A program made the position numbers and the translations under genes. Under the pieces are notes generated by a model. The model had not been told where the DNA came from and did not search any database. It saw only the letters and a program-made list of their open reading frames with translations. From NCBI GenBank assembly GCA_027014125.1, contig JALWEI010000022.1, positions 28,128-92,127 on the forward strand: a stretch of 64,000 nt of DNA, written 5' to 3'. Numbering within the stretch: position 1 is the stretch's first letter; every line of letters begins with the position of its first letter. Positions 38,459-48,843 of this stretch are shown piece after piece. This DNA is from Acidilobaceae archaeon. Its GTDB lineage: Archaea; Thermoproteota; Thermoprotei_A; Sulfolobales; Acidilobaceae.

Positions 38459-39916
38459 TTATAGCCTTACTAGGGACTTGGCTGTTATCAGGTATGCTAT
38501 GACCTCTAGCCTGCCTAGGCTCATCGCAGCTATCAGTATCGACTTCACCAGTGGGCTGGTGGCGGCGCTCGTTATGCCACTACTAACCCCGACGTTGCCC
38601 ATTGCGCTTGCTACCTCTAGCATGGCGTCCTCGAGGCTTGTGTATGGGGCGGCTATGAGCAGGGCTAGGACTAGTATTGTGTACGTGGCCAGTATTGCTG
38701 CTATAGCTGCTAGGGTCCTGAGTGCGAGGTCCTCGCCCACTATGTACTTTCCCAGCCTCTTGTTGGGCATGTAGCCGGGTGGGTGCATGGTCTTTGAGGC
38801 CTCTATCATTATACTCTTCATGGCGACCAGGATTCTGAGGACCTTGATCCCTCCCGCCGTGGAGAAGGCGCTCCCACCTATAAGGGCTAGTGTCGCCAGG
38901 AGCAGTTTATACCCTGGGCCTGACTCTGCGAGGCTGGAGGATTGGAAGCCTGCTGTCGCGCTGGTAGAGACTATGTTGAACACGACATCTATTGGCTGCA
39001 TGGAGTGGTGTAGACTGGGATCCCTATCCCATAGGGCCAGACCTGCCAGGGTGGCTAGTGCTAGGATTAGTATCTGGGCCTTTAGCTCCACGCTATCCCT
39101 GAGGCTGGATAGTCTGAGCCTTAGCAGGTTGTAGTGGTCGCTGAAGCTCACCGCTCCCATCATGACTACTATCATGCCAGCGAGCAGTATGGGGGTTGTA
39201 TGGTAGAACCCTAGGCTCTCACTGTGCGTGGAGAATCCAGCGGTGGCAACCCCGGTCATGGAGTGGTGGACTGCATCCCCCAATGGCATGCCTGCCAGGG
39301 AGAATAATGCCACGCCGGCCAGGGTGAGGAGTACATAGATCTCCCCCATCAGTATGGCGCTCCTCTTCAGGCTGGCCTCTAGCCTCTCAAACTTGCCCTC
39401 AGCAAGGTAGAGGACTGCAACCGAGATGCCCGGAGGGGCCAGGACTGCTATCGTGAAGACCACGATCCCGAGGCCGCCCTCCCACTGGGTCAGTGTTCTG
39501 AGCCATTTGAAGGCCTCGGGGAGCTCCTCTATCCGGGGCACGTAGACGCCTCCAGAACTACTGGGTTCCCCCGTGAATATCGTGAGGCCGGTGGTGGTCC
39601 ATGCACTGACACTCTCAAAGAGGGAGTCGAGCGCGGGTATGCGGAGGAGCCAGTAGAAAGGGGCTGCGCCCAGTATGGGTGTGACGACCCATATCAGGGT
39701 CGTGGCCGCCACGGCCTCCCAGAGGTGGAGCCTAGAGTAGTAGCGCCTGTAGAGTAACAGGCCTGCTAGGATATAGGATAGGCCGAGCAGAGACAAGGGG
39801 TAGCCGGGCCACTTCTCCCCGTATAATATGATGGCTATGGCTCCCGAGGAAAGTATTGGTAGGCCAGCCGCTACTAGGCCGGCTCCCAGTGGCCATAGTA
39901 GCCTGCCCGGCCTCAT
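38459..39916 (-). CDS. trkH: TrkH/KtrB-family cation (K+) transporter
   Basis: 485 aa, polytopic, with repeated pore-loop-like TTGL/ATAGF/ATAGF/NVGVS motifs. Confidence 0.8.
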   Translation of the reverse strand: MRPGRLLWPLGAGLVAAGLPILSSGAIAIILYGEKWPGYPLSLLGLSYILAGLLLYRRYYSRLHLWEAVAATTLIWVVTPILGAAPFYWLLRIPALDSLFESVSAWTTTGLTIFTGEPSSSGGVYVPRIEELPEAFKWLRTLTQWEGGLGIVVFTIAVLAPPGISVAVLYLAEGKFERLEASLKRSAILMGEIYVLLTLAGVALFSLAGMPLGDAVHHSMTGVATAGFSTHSESLGFYHTTPILLAGMIVVMMGAVSFSDHYNLLRLRLSSLRDSVELKAQILILALATLAGLALWDRDPSLHHSMQPIDVVFNIVSTSATAGFQSSSLAESGPGYKLLLATLALIGGSAFSTAGGIKVLRILVAMKSIMIEASKTMHPPGYMPNKRLGKYIVGEDLALRTLAAIAAILATYTILVLALLIAAPYTSLEDAMLEVASAMGNVGVSSGITSAATSPLVKSILIAAMSLGRLEVIAYLITAKSLVRL

Positions 39917-41040
39917 CCCTGCCCTACTGCCTGGGCCTGCTGGGTGTACTCTCTTATAAGCTCCTCCACAGCTCCTGGCCCTGCCTCTTTGAGCCTTCTA
40001 AGCTCCTCTATCAGGGCCTCGACGATCTCCTTGTAATCCCCTACCACACCGTAGTCGGCCTGGTTGAATATGGGTGCCTCGGGGTCTATGTTTATGGCTA
40101 CTATCCTCGTGGCCTCTCTGACCCCTATCATGTGTTGTGCGGCGCCGCTTATGCCGACTGCTATGTATAGTATGGGCTTCACGCTCTTACCGGTCTGGCC
40201 CACCTGCCTCTCGTGGCTTATCCACCCTGCGTCCACCGCCTTCCTGGAGCCCGCCACGACTCCTCCTAGTATGCTGGCGAGCTCCTCTAGAAGCTTGAAG
40301 CCATCAGGGCCCCCGACGCCCTTGCCCCCGGATACTATTATCTCGGCCTTCTCGATCGGTATCTCCTCCCTCTTCAGGATCTTCCTTGATATCAGCTTGG
40401 ACCTGGCAGTTAGTATACTAGTCTTCTCGAACTTGATCTCCCCTCTCCTGGACTCGTCGGCTGGGGGCACCGGGAAGACGTTGGGCCTAGCCGTCCCTAT
40501 CTGGGGCCTCCTGAATGGGGTCTTTATGTATGCTAGCATTATGGCGGCGAATGGGGGCCTTATGAGGAGCACGTCCCTAGTCTTCTCGTCGACGTCGAAG
40601 TCGGTGCAGTCAGCCGTGATTCCGGCGCGGAGCGTGTTTGCTATGTAGGGGCCCATCTCCCTGCCCCTCATGGTGGCCGCTATTAGTATGACCTCAGGCT
40701 TATACTTCCTGGCAAGGTCTACAACCACCTGGCCGTAGACCTCGGGATAGTACTCGCTCAGCATTATGTCGTCTACAACTATGACCTCGTCCGCGCCGTG
40801 CTTTATCAGGGTATCTGCATGCCTGGAAACGTTGTATCCGAGCAAGACCCCGACAACCTTGCTATCCAGCTTCCTGGCTATCTCGAGGGCCGGGGTCAGC
40901 ATCTGTAGGCTTGCCTCGCTAACACCCTCCTCTGTAGCCTCAGCTATTACCCACACATGCTTAAACTCGTCAGGCTGCTCGCAGGGCCACTCGGGGCAAA
41001 GCTTACTACAATCCACCCTGACCATCACGCACCACCCCAC
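39913..41040 (-). CDS. fixB: electron transfer flavoprotein alpha subunit (FixB/EtfA) with short Cys-rich N-terminus
   Basis: 375 aa. C-terminal FAD-binding motifs are IVSGGKGVGG...AGSRKAVDAGW...QVGQTGKSVKP.LYIAVGISGAAQH. The N-terminus is MGWCVMVRVDCSKLCPEWPC. Confidence 0.9.
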   Translation of the reverse strand: MGWCVMVRVDCSKLCPEWPCEQPDEFKHVWVIAEATEEGVSEASLQMLTPALEIARKLDSKVVGVLLGYNVSRHADTLIKHGADEVIVVDDIMLSEYYPEVYGQVVVDLARKYKPEVILIAATMRGREMGPYIANTLRAGITADCTDFDVDEKTRDVLLIRPPFAAIMLAYIKTPFRRPQIGTARPNVFPVPPADESRRGEIKFEKTSILTARSKLISRKILKREEIPIEKAEIIVSGGKGVGGPDGFKLLEELASILGGVVAGSRKAVDAGWISHERQVGQTGKSVKPILYIAVGISGAAQHMIGVREATRIVAINIDPEAPIFNQADYGVVGDYKEIVEALIEELRRLKEAGPGAVEELIREYTQQAQAVGQG

Positions 41041-41864
41041 AGAGCCTTATAGAGCGCCTCCCTAGTCTTCTCGTCGCTGAAAAGCTGAGCCAGGATCCAC
41101 CTGGCCGCATCCCTCGGGTCCTTCGGCTTATATACGATCTTCTTCCTGGGAACCTCGGGTAGGTACGTCACCTTCGACACTATAGTCGGGGAACCCTTGA
41201 GGCCGACGCACCTGGGATCAAGGCCCAAGTCCTTATTGGTCCACACTGTTATCGGGTTCTCTAGCTTAGCCCTAAGCTTGTAGGATAACCTAACAGGCCT
41301 AGCCTTCAACGCCTTCATGGCGACGCTGACAACAGCGGGTGTCGAGACCTCGAACTCCTCCACAGCGCTCTCCAGCTGCCTCACAACCCTTAATCTACCA
41401 TCCTGGAGCCAGGCCTTCTTCACGTAGTATATGTACGGCCAGCCGAGCCAGCTAGCTACCTGCGCACCTATATGGGCGGTGCTAGAGTCTATGGTCTCCT
41501 GGCCGAAGACCGCCAGGTCTACGGGGCCCCACTCCTCCTCTATCTTCCTTATCCCCTGCGCTATGACGTAGCTAGTGGCCAGCGTGTCGGCGCCGGCGAA
41601 GGCCCTATCGGTAAGGAGGACCGCCCTATCGGCGCCCATGCCCAGTATATGCTCCAGCCCCTGGACAGCTGGTGGAGGCGCCATGGTTAGTACAATAACC
41701 TCCCCCCCGTACTCGTCCTTCAGCCTAAGGGCGAGCTCGGCGGCGGGGAGGTCGTGGGGGTTCACTATAGCGGGGACCCCTGTCCTTATCAGGGTCCCCG
41801 TCTTAGGGTCGAACCTGACTGCCTGGGTGTTTGGGACCCACTTGATCCCGACTACTATACGCAT
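41025..41864 (-). CDS. fixA: electron transfer flavoprotein beta subunit (FixA/EtfB)
   Basis: 279 aa, MRIVVGIKWVPNT...NPHDLPAAELALRLK...VLTMAPP.., a typical EtfB. Confidence 0.9.
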   Translation of the reverse strand: MRIVVGIKWVPNTQAVRFDPKTGTLIRTGVPAIVNPHDLPAAELALRLKDEYGGEVIVLTMAPPPAVQGLEHILGMGADRAVLLTDRAFAGADTLATSYVIAQGIRKIEEEWGPVDLAVFGQETIDSSTAHIGAQVASWLGWPYIYYVKKAWLQDGRLRVVRQLESAVEEFEVSTPAVVSVAMKALKARPVRLSYKLRAKLENPITVWTNKDLGLDPRCVGLKGSPTIVSKVTYLPEVPRKKIVYKPKDPRDAARWILAQLFSDEKTREALYKALWGGA

Positions 41865-41885
41865 GGGCTATACACCCCCAGGGGG

Positions 41886-42188
41886 CTAGGTGAATCTGAA
41901 TTGTATACCTTTCCCGCTCTTGGGGTACTCCCAGCGTATCTTCTCCTTGGGAGTCACCACCCTGCATAGGCCACACTCGAAGCATCCCTCGTAGCTGAAG
42001 AGCACCTTGTCACCTATCATGGTGTAGCACCCTGCGGGGCATAGATACACTAGCGCCTTCTTGGGTATCCCGGTCTGGTCGTCCATAGGGATCTCTATGT
42101 GTGGGTCCTCGTCGACGTCCCATATATCCCTCTGGAGTAGATCCTCGAGCTTGAGGGGCTTCTCCAGGACGCTACCCTGTTTGCTCAA
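41886..42188 (-). CDS. fixX: ferredoxin-like protein FixX
   Basis: 100 aa with CPAGCY...GCFECGLCRV. It lies between fixC and fixA. Confidence 0.85.
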   Translation of the reverse strand: MSKQGSVLEKPLKLEDLLQRDIWDVDEDPHIEIPMDDQTGIPKKALVYLCPAGCYTMIGDKVLFSYEGCFECGLCRVVTPKEKIRWEYPKSGKGIQFRFT

Positions 42189-43492
42189 AGCTTACCCACC
42201 ACCGATCCAACCTTCATAATCAGCCTCGTCAGGGTAATATCCTCCTCCGCTAGTGACTCTAGGAACGCGTCGATTAATGTTGGTTCCTCGTAGTCAGCCT
42301 CATACAGCTTCTGTAGCATCCTAATTAATACCCCGACCGCCTTTGTGAAGTAGAACTCGTCCTCCATCACCTTAGCTATACCACGGTGCCTAACAAGCTC
42401 CCTCCAGACAAAGCTCTCCTTGAGCCTATCCTCGTAGAGCTTCAAGTTCTCCCCAGTAGGTCCTCCACGGTTGAAGGCCTCTATGATAGCCTCGGCGGCT
42501 ATCTTACCGCTGGCAGCAGCAAAGTCGACACCCCTCACCGTATAGCCAGTGTTTAGTAGGAGGCCAGCGGCGTCGCCCACGATTACCAGGCCTGGGGCAT
42601 ACAGCCTCTTGGGGACCATCCTTAGGCCGCCCTCTATGGTCATGTGAGCCCCGTACTCCATGATGTCGGCGTCCCTCCAGTACTGTTTGAAGTAGGGGTG
42701 GAGCCTGAACTCCTCAAGGATCCTCGACACGTGCTTATTTATCTGCCCTGCCTCGGCCTTCTCAGCCGCCTTTCCTATGTGGAGGACTAGGCCTATGCTG
42801 ACAGCCTCCTTCATGGTGTATATGAAGCCTCCACCCGGTATGCCGGCAGTTATGTCGCCAGCGACCATCCAAGCCATGCCCTCCCCCTTGGGGAGTCCGA
42901 AGCGCTCCTCTATCGCACCCTTGCCCACGTTGAGGACCTCCTTCACGCCCAGCGCTACATACTCCGGGTTGAGCTTGTCGACGAGCCCGAGCCTCTCGAG
43001 TAGAAGCCTATTTACGCCCTCGGCATCAACTACCACATCAGCCTCTATAAAGTCGGGCCCGCTCCTGACCCCGACAACCCTGCCATCCCTAACGACAATC
43101 TCATCCACTCTAATCTCGTCGACGAGAAGGGCCCCTGCCTCGGTAGCCTTCTTAGCCATCCACTTAGCCAGCTCGGGTAGGAAAGTAGTGAACCCCACCC
43201 TCCTACCCAGGCTATACTCGATGGTGGCCACCCTCTCGCCCCTAACGAAGCTAATCCTCTCCCTGGTAACCCACCTGTGGATCGGCGCCTCCTTATCCAG
43301 CTCAGGCCATATATCCCTCAACGGCGGAGCGTAAACCTTGCCGCCGAATAGCTCCTTAGAGCCAGCCCCCCTACCCCTCTCAAGCATGAGAACCTTAAAG
43401 CCAGCCTTGGCTAGCACATACGCCGCCGCCGAGCCGGCAGGCCCAGCGCCGACCACCACCACGTCAAACTTGCTGGGGACGCCGCCACTCAT
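42185..43492 (-). CDS. fixC: FAD-dependent ETF:quinone oxidoreductase-like protein FixC
   Basis: FDVVVVGAGPAGSAAAYVLA dinucleotide fold. Start placed at ATG 43492 (MSGGVPSKFDV...). The track ORF begins 14 codons earlier. Confidence 0.88.
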   Translation of the reverse strand: MSGGVPSKFDVVVVGAGPAGSAAAYVLAKAGFKVLMLERGRGAGSKELFGGKVYAPPLRDIWPELDKEAPIHRWVTRERISFVRGERVATIEYSLGRRVGFTTFLPELAKWMAKKATEAGALLVDEIRVDEIVVRDGRVVGVRSGPDFIEADVVVDAEGVNRLLLERLGLVDKLNPEYVALGVKEVLNVGKGAIEERFGLPKGEGMAWMVAGDITAGIPGGGFIYTMKEAVSIGLVLHIGKAAEKAEAGQINKHVSRILEEFRLHPYFKQYWRDADIMEYGAHMTIEGGLRMVPKRLYAPGLVIVGDAAGLLLNTGYTVRGVDFAAASGKIAAEAIIEAFNRGGPTGENLKLYEDRLKESFVWRELVRHRGIAKVMEDEFYFTKAVGVLIRMLQKLYEADYEEPTLIDAFLESLAEEDITLTRLIMKVGSVVGKL

Positions 43493-43687
43493 AAGCAACC
43501 ACCTTTCAAGCCTATAAGGCCCCCAGTAATCCACGTAGCTCCGTGTGGCTCCGGGATATTTTAATTAGCACAAGCCAGTGTCCGGGCTAGCATACACCAT
43601 AGGTTAAATACTCCCGGTATGGGGGCGTCAGGGCTTGAGACCCACCCCATCAGCCAGTCGGGAATCCCGCTCCTCCTCACCCGCCCC

Positions 43688-44812
43688 CTAGTGAGATACG
43701 GCTAGGTGGAGTATAAGCCTCGCAAGCTTATAGGGTGAAACGAAGAGGCTAGAGTCCCCGCTACCAGGCTTGCTGGCTCTGCCGAGTAGGTGGGGTGCGT
43801 GGGAGGCCCTAGGGGCGTGTACCGCGAGTATCCACCTGTAATGCCTAGAGGCTATAGAAGCGTTCTCCTCCTGCTCAAAGTGGCCCGGGAGGGGTATGGA
43901 CACTGTAGGGACTCCAAGGGAGGCCACACTAGCCAGGGTACTAAGCCCGGCTAGAGAGACAACGGATGAGAACCCCCTCATCAGCAGGGGTATACGGTAC
44001 CTAAGCCCGCTGGCTATCCCATAGACGCCAGGGGGAGGACTGGAAAGGGTGGTGGCAACACTGAAACCGGCCCTGGCTAGGGATGATGCTGCCTCGTATA
44101 TGATATCATGCCCAGCCTTAGTGCCGCCGGGCAGGGCCAGCACTGGGGGCTCCTCCAGCCCGAGCTCCCTTAGGGCGTGGGTGGGGTTGAGGACCTCATC
44201 CTCCATGGCAGGTGGTATCAGCCCCACGGCCTCTAAGCGTGGGGCCAACTCGGAGAGGCGCTTGCCAACCAGCGGGGGCCAGCGGGAGGAGCAGAGCTTC
44301 TGGGGGAAGCCGACGAAGGCTATTGCATCGAAGCGGGGTAACCTGGACGCCATGAACCTGTTGAAGGCTATGGCCGCTAGTAGCCCCTTACTGTATGGGT
44401 ATGAGATGAAGTCTGTGACAAGGATTTTTGGAGTATTAGCCCTGTCCAGCCTGGCGTACATCAGCTCCCAGGACTCGTCTGACACCACGGCATCATAGAT
44501 TTCTAGGTCGATGTTATCCTCTATGATGGACGCGTTCCTGCGCGCAATCCTAGCCTCCTCCAGCTCCATCCTTAGCCCTATCCTACCCGACCCAGTGGAG
44601 GAGTAGAACCTGTCGACGACAGGAGAGTATGGATCAAGCATCTCTGACACGGGGTGCGGCTCCACGGAGTACGCCCTAAGGTAGGAGCCCAGAGGTGGAG
44701 GAGCGACGATATCCACCCTAGCGCCCATGCCCTCAAGGGCCCTGGATAGCACTCTAGCCCTAGCTACATGGCCCAGGCCTATGCCTGATACGGCGATAAG
44801 TATCCTAGCCAT
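43688..44812 (-). CDS. GT-B glycosyltransferase (MurG/GT28-like)
   Basis: MARILIAVSGIGLGHVARARVLSRALEGMGARVDIV is a typical N-terminal Gly-rich loop of GT1/GT28 enzymes. Start at ATG 44812. Confidence 0.6.
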   Translation of the reverse strand: MARILIAVSGIGLGHVARARVLSRALEGMGARVDIVAPPPLGSYLRAYSVEPHPVSEMLDPYSPVVDRFYSSTGSGRIGLRMELEEARIARRNASIIEDNIDLEIYDAVVSDESWELMYARLDRANTPKILVTDFISYPYSKGLLAAIAFNRFMASRLPRFDAIAFVGFPQKLCSSRWPPLVGKRLSELAPRLEAVGLIPPAMEDEVLNPTHALRELGLEEPPVLALPGGTKAGHDIIYEAASSLARAGFSVATTLSSPPPGVYGIASGLRYRIPLLMRGFSSVVSLAGLSTLASVASLGVPTVSIPLPGHFEQEENASIASRHYRWILAVHAPRASHAPHLLGRASKPGSGDSSLFVSPYKLARLILHLAVSH

Positions 44813-44886
44813 ACAGAGCCCCCGGCCCATCCGCTATGCAACACTAATTTATCCCTCTTAACACCTCAAGCCTCCTGGTGTAGCGG

Positions 44887-45543
44887 TTGGCCGTCGACCC
44901 AAGGAAGGTGCTGCCGACAAAGATAAACCTGATACGGCTGCGTAGAGAGGAGAAGATGCTGAGGAAGATAAGGGGGGTCATGGAGGAGAAGAGGGAGGTA
45001 CTCCTTCACTATATAAAGAGTGCTGCCGAGGAGTATAACAGGTACCAGAAGGAGGTCTTCGAGGCTATAAACGAGATCTTCACGGAGTACTACCTCGGCC
45101 TAGCGGAGGAGGGGGTAGAGAGGGCCTCGGCCTACAGCGAAGCGGTACCACAAACCCTCACAGTCGAGGCGGGCACGAGGGTCCTCTTCGCCGTTAAAAC
45201 CCCAACATTCACGCTCAAGGAAGACACGCTCCCCCCGCTCATACCACCCCCCGCGGCCAGCCCACACCTAACCAATAGCTGGATACTCATGAGGAGGCTC
45301 CTGCCCAGCATACTTAAGATGGCGGAGTACGAGGAGATGCTCAGGAGACTGATAGAAGAGCTAAGGGAGACCCAGAGGCTGATCAACGCGATGGACTATG
45401 TGATACTGCCAAGCTATGCTAGGGCTATAAAGTTCATAAAGTCGGTTCTAGAGGAGCGTATGAGGGAGGACTTCGTGAGGCTAAAAATGCTGAAGAGAAA
45501 GTTGGAGGAGCGCGCTATGGAAGAAGCAGCCCAACAAATATGA
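44887..45543 (+). CDS. atpD: A/V-type ATP synthase subunit D
   Basis: 218 aa. ...[36 protein letters not shown]... and the C-terminal coiled coil are typical of subunit D. No other ATPase genes are adjacent. Confidence 0.85.
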   Translation: MAVDPRKVLPTKINLIRLRREEKMLRKIRGVMEEKREVLLHYIKSAAEEYNRYQKEVFEAINEIFTEYYLGLAEEGVERASAYSEAVPQTLTVEAGTRVLFAVKTPTFTLKEDTLPPLIPPPAASPHLTNSWILMRRLLPSILKMAEYEEMLRRLIEELRETQRLINAMDYVILPSYARAIKFIKSVLEERMREDFVRLKMLKRKLEERAMEEAAQQI

Positions 45544-45763
45544 AGATCCCAGACATGGCGAGCATGGCCTTAAGCAGGCCACCTGGGGTCATCTCCCATA
45601 GTCCCTTGACCGCCTTGGCGGCGAAGTAGGTCAGCCCCAGCACTCCTATTATGGCGAACATTGTGAAGCCTGCTAGGAGGAGGTAGTATCCCAGATCAGC
45701 GTTTGGAACCACCCCTAGCTGCTTGAAGCTGTCAATAACCTGGTATAGGTCCTCCCTGGCCAT
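45515..45763 (-). CDS. small membrane protein
   Basis: 82 aa with two predicted TM helices. Confidence 0.45.
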   Translation of the reverse strand: MAREDLYQVIDSFKQLGVVPNADLGYYLLLAGFTMFAIIGVLGLTYFAAKAVKGLWEMTPGGLLKAMLAMSGIFIFVGLLLP

Positions 45764-45840
45764 ACCCTATTCACCCTCCCGGGGCTAAGTATTAGGCCCG
45801 GCTGGGAGGCTAAGGGTGGGGGGACTGTAAGACACGGTGA

Positions 45841-46191
45841 TTACCCTAGGATTACGAGGACCGCTAGGGTGTAGGCTATACTAGCTAGTACCCCAGCCAG
45901 GAGGCTCCTCCGCGACGGCGTGCCGCCTAGGCTATAGCTAGACCCAGCCGCCACCAGTATGATCCCTACGATGTTAGTAATCCAGTAGAACACTGCAAAT
46001 AGCACATCAACCCCTACTCCAGTTAGGCTCGACACGGCCTTAGCCATGCCAAGGGCCAAGGGTATATTAACCAGGGCGTCGTTCCACCACGAGGCAGGGC
46101 TCAGTATAAACCCTATAGTAGCAACGCCAGCCCCAAGTATCCTCCTGAAGCCGGGCGACCCGCTCCTAGGTAGCCGCAGGTTAAGCCTCAT
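45841..46191 (-). CDS. small integral membrane protein
   Basis: 116 aa with about 3 TM helices. Confidence 0.5.
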   Translation of the reverse strand: MRLNLRLPRSGSPGFRRILGAGVATIGFILSPASWWNDALVNIPLALGMAKAVSSLTGVGVDVLFAVFYWITNIVGIILVAAGSSYSLGGTPSRRSLLAGVLASIAYTLAVLVILG

Positions 46192-46277
46192 ACCCCTTTA
46201 GCCTCCATTTGACTCCTACTAGTGCAGGCCTTTTCTTAATACCCCTGCATATAGTGATGAACTAGTGGTGCCGTAAG

Positions 46278-47933
46278 TTGAATTATAACAGGCTCGCAGG
46301 GCTAGGAAAGGTAGCCAGCGCCCGCCAAGCCCTATCCAGGATCAGGGACGGCTCGGTGGTCGCAGTATCAGGGTTCAACATGTCCACAACACCAGAGCTA
46401 CTCATAGAGGAGCTGTACAGGCTCTACAAGGAGACTGGGCATCCCCGCGGCTTGTTCCTTATAAGCGACACGTTCCCAGGAGCGCCAGGCAGGGGCCTGG
46501 ACAAGGTCTTCGAGGACCTATACCGGGAGGGAGATGAGGGATTCATCAATGGGATACTGATGCCCTACCTAGGCTGGTCCAAGTGGCTCCAGAAGATGGT
46601 GCTCGAGGACAGGATCGAAGCCTATACGTGGTCAATAGGAGTCATGGCCTACTGGTTCAGGGAGGTGGGCAGCGGGAGGCCGGGGGTCCTGACAAGGGTC
46701 GGGCTAGGCACCTTCTTCGACCCGCGCATGGATGGCGGGTACCTCAATGACAAGGCTAGGAAGAGGGGGCGGGCTAGGGTCCACCTCATAACGATAGATG
46801 GGGATGAGTACCTACTCTACACGGCTCCCCAGCCCGATGTAGCCCTGATCAGGGGCTCAACCGCCGACGAGCTGGGGAATCTTACCATGGAGGACGAGGC
46901 TATATACGGGACGGTGCTCAACATCGCGCAGGCCACCAAGGCCTACCCCAAAAAGGGGCTAGTAGTGGCCCAGGTCCTGAGGGTAGCTAGGTATGGAAGC
47001 CTCAACCCGAAAGAGGTCGCAGTCCCAGGCCCCCTAGTGGATCACATAGTAGTGGCTCCTCCGGACAAGCATTGGCAGACCGCCTCTATAGGGTACGATC
47101 CTAGGATAGCAGGGCGTATAATACCACCCATAAGCGAGGACCTCGTCGGCAGGATGCCGCTCAGCATAAGAAAGGTGATAGCCAGGAGGGTCCTATTAGA
47201 GCTAGTCAAGTTAGCGGTTGATGAGGGCAGACAGATAATCGTCAACCTAGGGGTAGGTATACCAAGCCACGTCATGCAGGTGGCAGTAGAGGAGAAGGTA
47301 GACGAAGTCATAGCGACGACGATAGAGTCAGGCCCCTGGGGAGGGGTCCCACTAACCGGCCCCGACTTCGGCGCGGCTATAGGGCCGTACGCGATAATCC
47401 AGATGCCCGACCAATTCGCCATATACGAGGGTGGAGTGATAGACGCGGCTAGCCTAGGATTCCTACAGATAGACAAGGAGGGTAACGTGAACCCAAGCAT
47501 GCTCCCGGGCAGACTACCAGGGCCCGGCGGGTTCCCAGTGATAATATCGGGAGCCCCCCGGATATACTATGCCGGTGGCTTCACCGCCGGTAAGAGGGAT
47601 ATACGTGTAAGCAACGGGAGACTCCATATTGTAAGAGACGGGGAGGTAGTAAAGTTCGTGGAACACGTATACAAGGTATTCTGCCCGTGTAAGAGAATGG
47701 TGGAGGCCGGAAGGGACGTGCTAGTTATCACAGAGAGGGCAGTATTCAGGATGGAGAGTAGCGGCCTTAAACTCGAGGAGGTGGCTCCAGGCATCGACAT
47801 AGAGAGGGACATAATCGGAAAGATGGAGTTCAAGCCGGTGATAAGAGGAGAGCCAGAGGAGATGCCAAAGGAGATATTCCGCCCCGAGCCAATGAGGCTA
47901 AGACGGCTACTAGAAGAGGCCGGGAAGAGGTAG
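46278..47933 (+). CDS. family I CoA-transferase (fused alpha/beta, acyl-CoA:acetate/3-ketoacid type)
   Basis: 551 aa. ...GSVVAVSGFNMSTTPELLIEEL... at the N-terminus and ...TTIESGPWGG... (glutamate loop) match the YdiF-like architecture. Confidence 0.6.
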   Translation: MNYNRLAGLGKVASARQALSRIRDGSVVAVSGFNMSTTPELLIEELYRLYKETGHPRGLFLISDTFPGAPGRGLDKVFEDLYREGDEGFINGILMPYLGWSKWLQKMVLEDRIEAYTWSIGVMAYWFREVGSGRPGVLTRVGLGTFFDPRMDGGYLNDKARKRGRARVHLITIDGDEYLLYTAPQPDVALIRGSTADELGNLTMEDEAIYGTVLNIAQATKAYPKKGLVVAQVLRVARYGSLNPKEVAVPGPLVDHIVVAPPDKHWQTASIGYDPRIAGRIIPPISEDLVGRMPLSIRKVIARRVLLELVKLAVDEGRQIIVNLGVGIPSHVMQVAVEEKVDEVIATTIESGPWGGVPLTGPDFGAAIGPYAIIQMPDQFAIYEGGVIDAASLGFLQIDKEGNVNPSMLPGRLPGPGGFPVIISGAPRIYYAGGFTAGKRDIRVSNGRLHIVRDGEVVKFVEHVYKVFCPCKRMVEAGRDVLVITERAVFRMESSGLKLEEVAPGIDIERDIIGKMEFKPVIRGEPEEMPKEIFRPEPMRLRRLLEEAGKR

Positions 47934-47934
47934 G

Positions 47935-48843
47935 ATGAGGCAAGAAGAGGTTCATAGGCTACTAGCAGGCATCACCGGATCAAGGAGATGCCTAGACTAT
48001 GATGCCTGCCCCCTACAGGGGGGACTCCTGGTAAACATGGACGGCTACTCCATGTCAACAAGCAGGCCCCCATGGGCCAGTATAGGAGACTGGGCATGGA
48101 GGGCAGTGGCAGCAGCTGCCAGCGACATCGCGGCCAGCGGGGGCAAGCCGCTGGGACTCATGTACAGCATAGGAGTGCCTAGCCTAGAAGAGGCGCTGGA
48201 GGCCGCGCATGGTGTCGGGAGTGCCGCTAAGTGGATCGGCGTAGAGGTACTAAAGTCGGATACAAATAAGTGTGGATGCGACTCTTGGATAGACGTTGCT
48301 ATAGTAGGAATATCGACTAGGCCTATCCCGAGGAGCGGGGCTAGGCCAGGAGACCTGGTTGTACAGGTAGGCTACTCCGGCTACGGCCTCCTGGCCAGGC
48401 TAGCGATGGAGGGTAGGATAAACATTGCCGAGCTAGGTGAGGACCTCGTCGAGATGTTGAGGAGGCCCAGGCCACCGCTAGCCGCGGGCCCACATATATC
48501 ATCCTGCGGCGCATCCGCATCCTCTGATAATAGCGACGGCCTCGGCTATACTCTGAGGGTAATCGCAGAGTCCAGCGGCGTAGGGATGGTGCTAGGGGAC
48601 CCGCTAGTAGATCCTAGGGTGCTCAGGATTCTCAGGGGTCTAGGCATGGAGGCTGGAGATGCCTACAGTAGCTGGGAGGACTATAACCTTGTAGTAGCTA
48701 TACCTGAGCCCGGGGTAGGGTGCCTCCTAGACTCGTGCAAAGCACTAGGGATCCCCTGCCGGGTCATAGGGAGGGTAGTGGAGGATAGGGGCCTAGTTTA
48801 CCGGGGTAAGAGCCTTCGGGTCGAGCCGTGGGAGTGGTTCTAG
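47935..48843 (+). CDS. thiL: AIR-synthase-related protein, probable thiamine-monophosphate kinase
   Basis: 302 aa. DACPL..LLVNMDG...[25 protein letters not shown]... follows the ThiL/PurM-like pattern. Confidence 0.6.
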   Translation: MRQEEVHRLLAGITGSRRCLDYDACPLQGGLLVNMDGYSMSTSRPPWASIGDWAWRAVAAAASDIAASGGKPLGLMYSIGVPSLEEALEAAHGVGSAAKWIGVEVLKSDTNKCGCDSWIDVAIVGISTRPIPRSGARPGDLVVQVGYSGYGLLARLAMEGRINIAELGEDLVEMLRRPRPPLAAGPHISSCGASASSDNSDGLGYTLRVIAESSGVGMVLGDPLVDPRVLRILRGLGMEAGDAYSSWEDYNLVVAIPEPGVGCLLDSCKALGIPCRVIGRVVEDRGLVYRGKSLRVEPWEWF

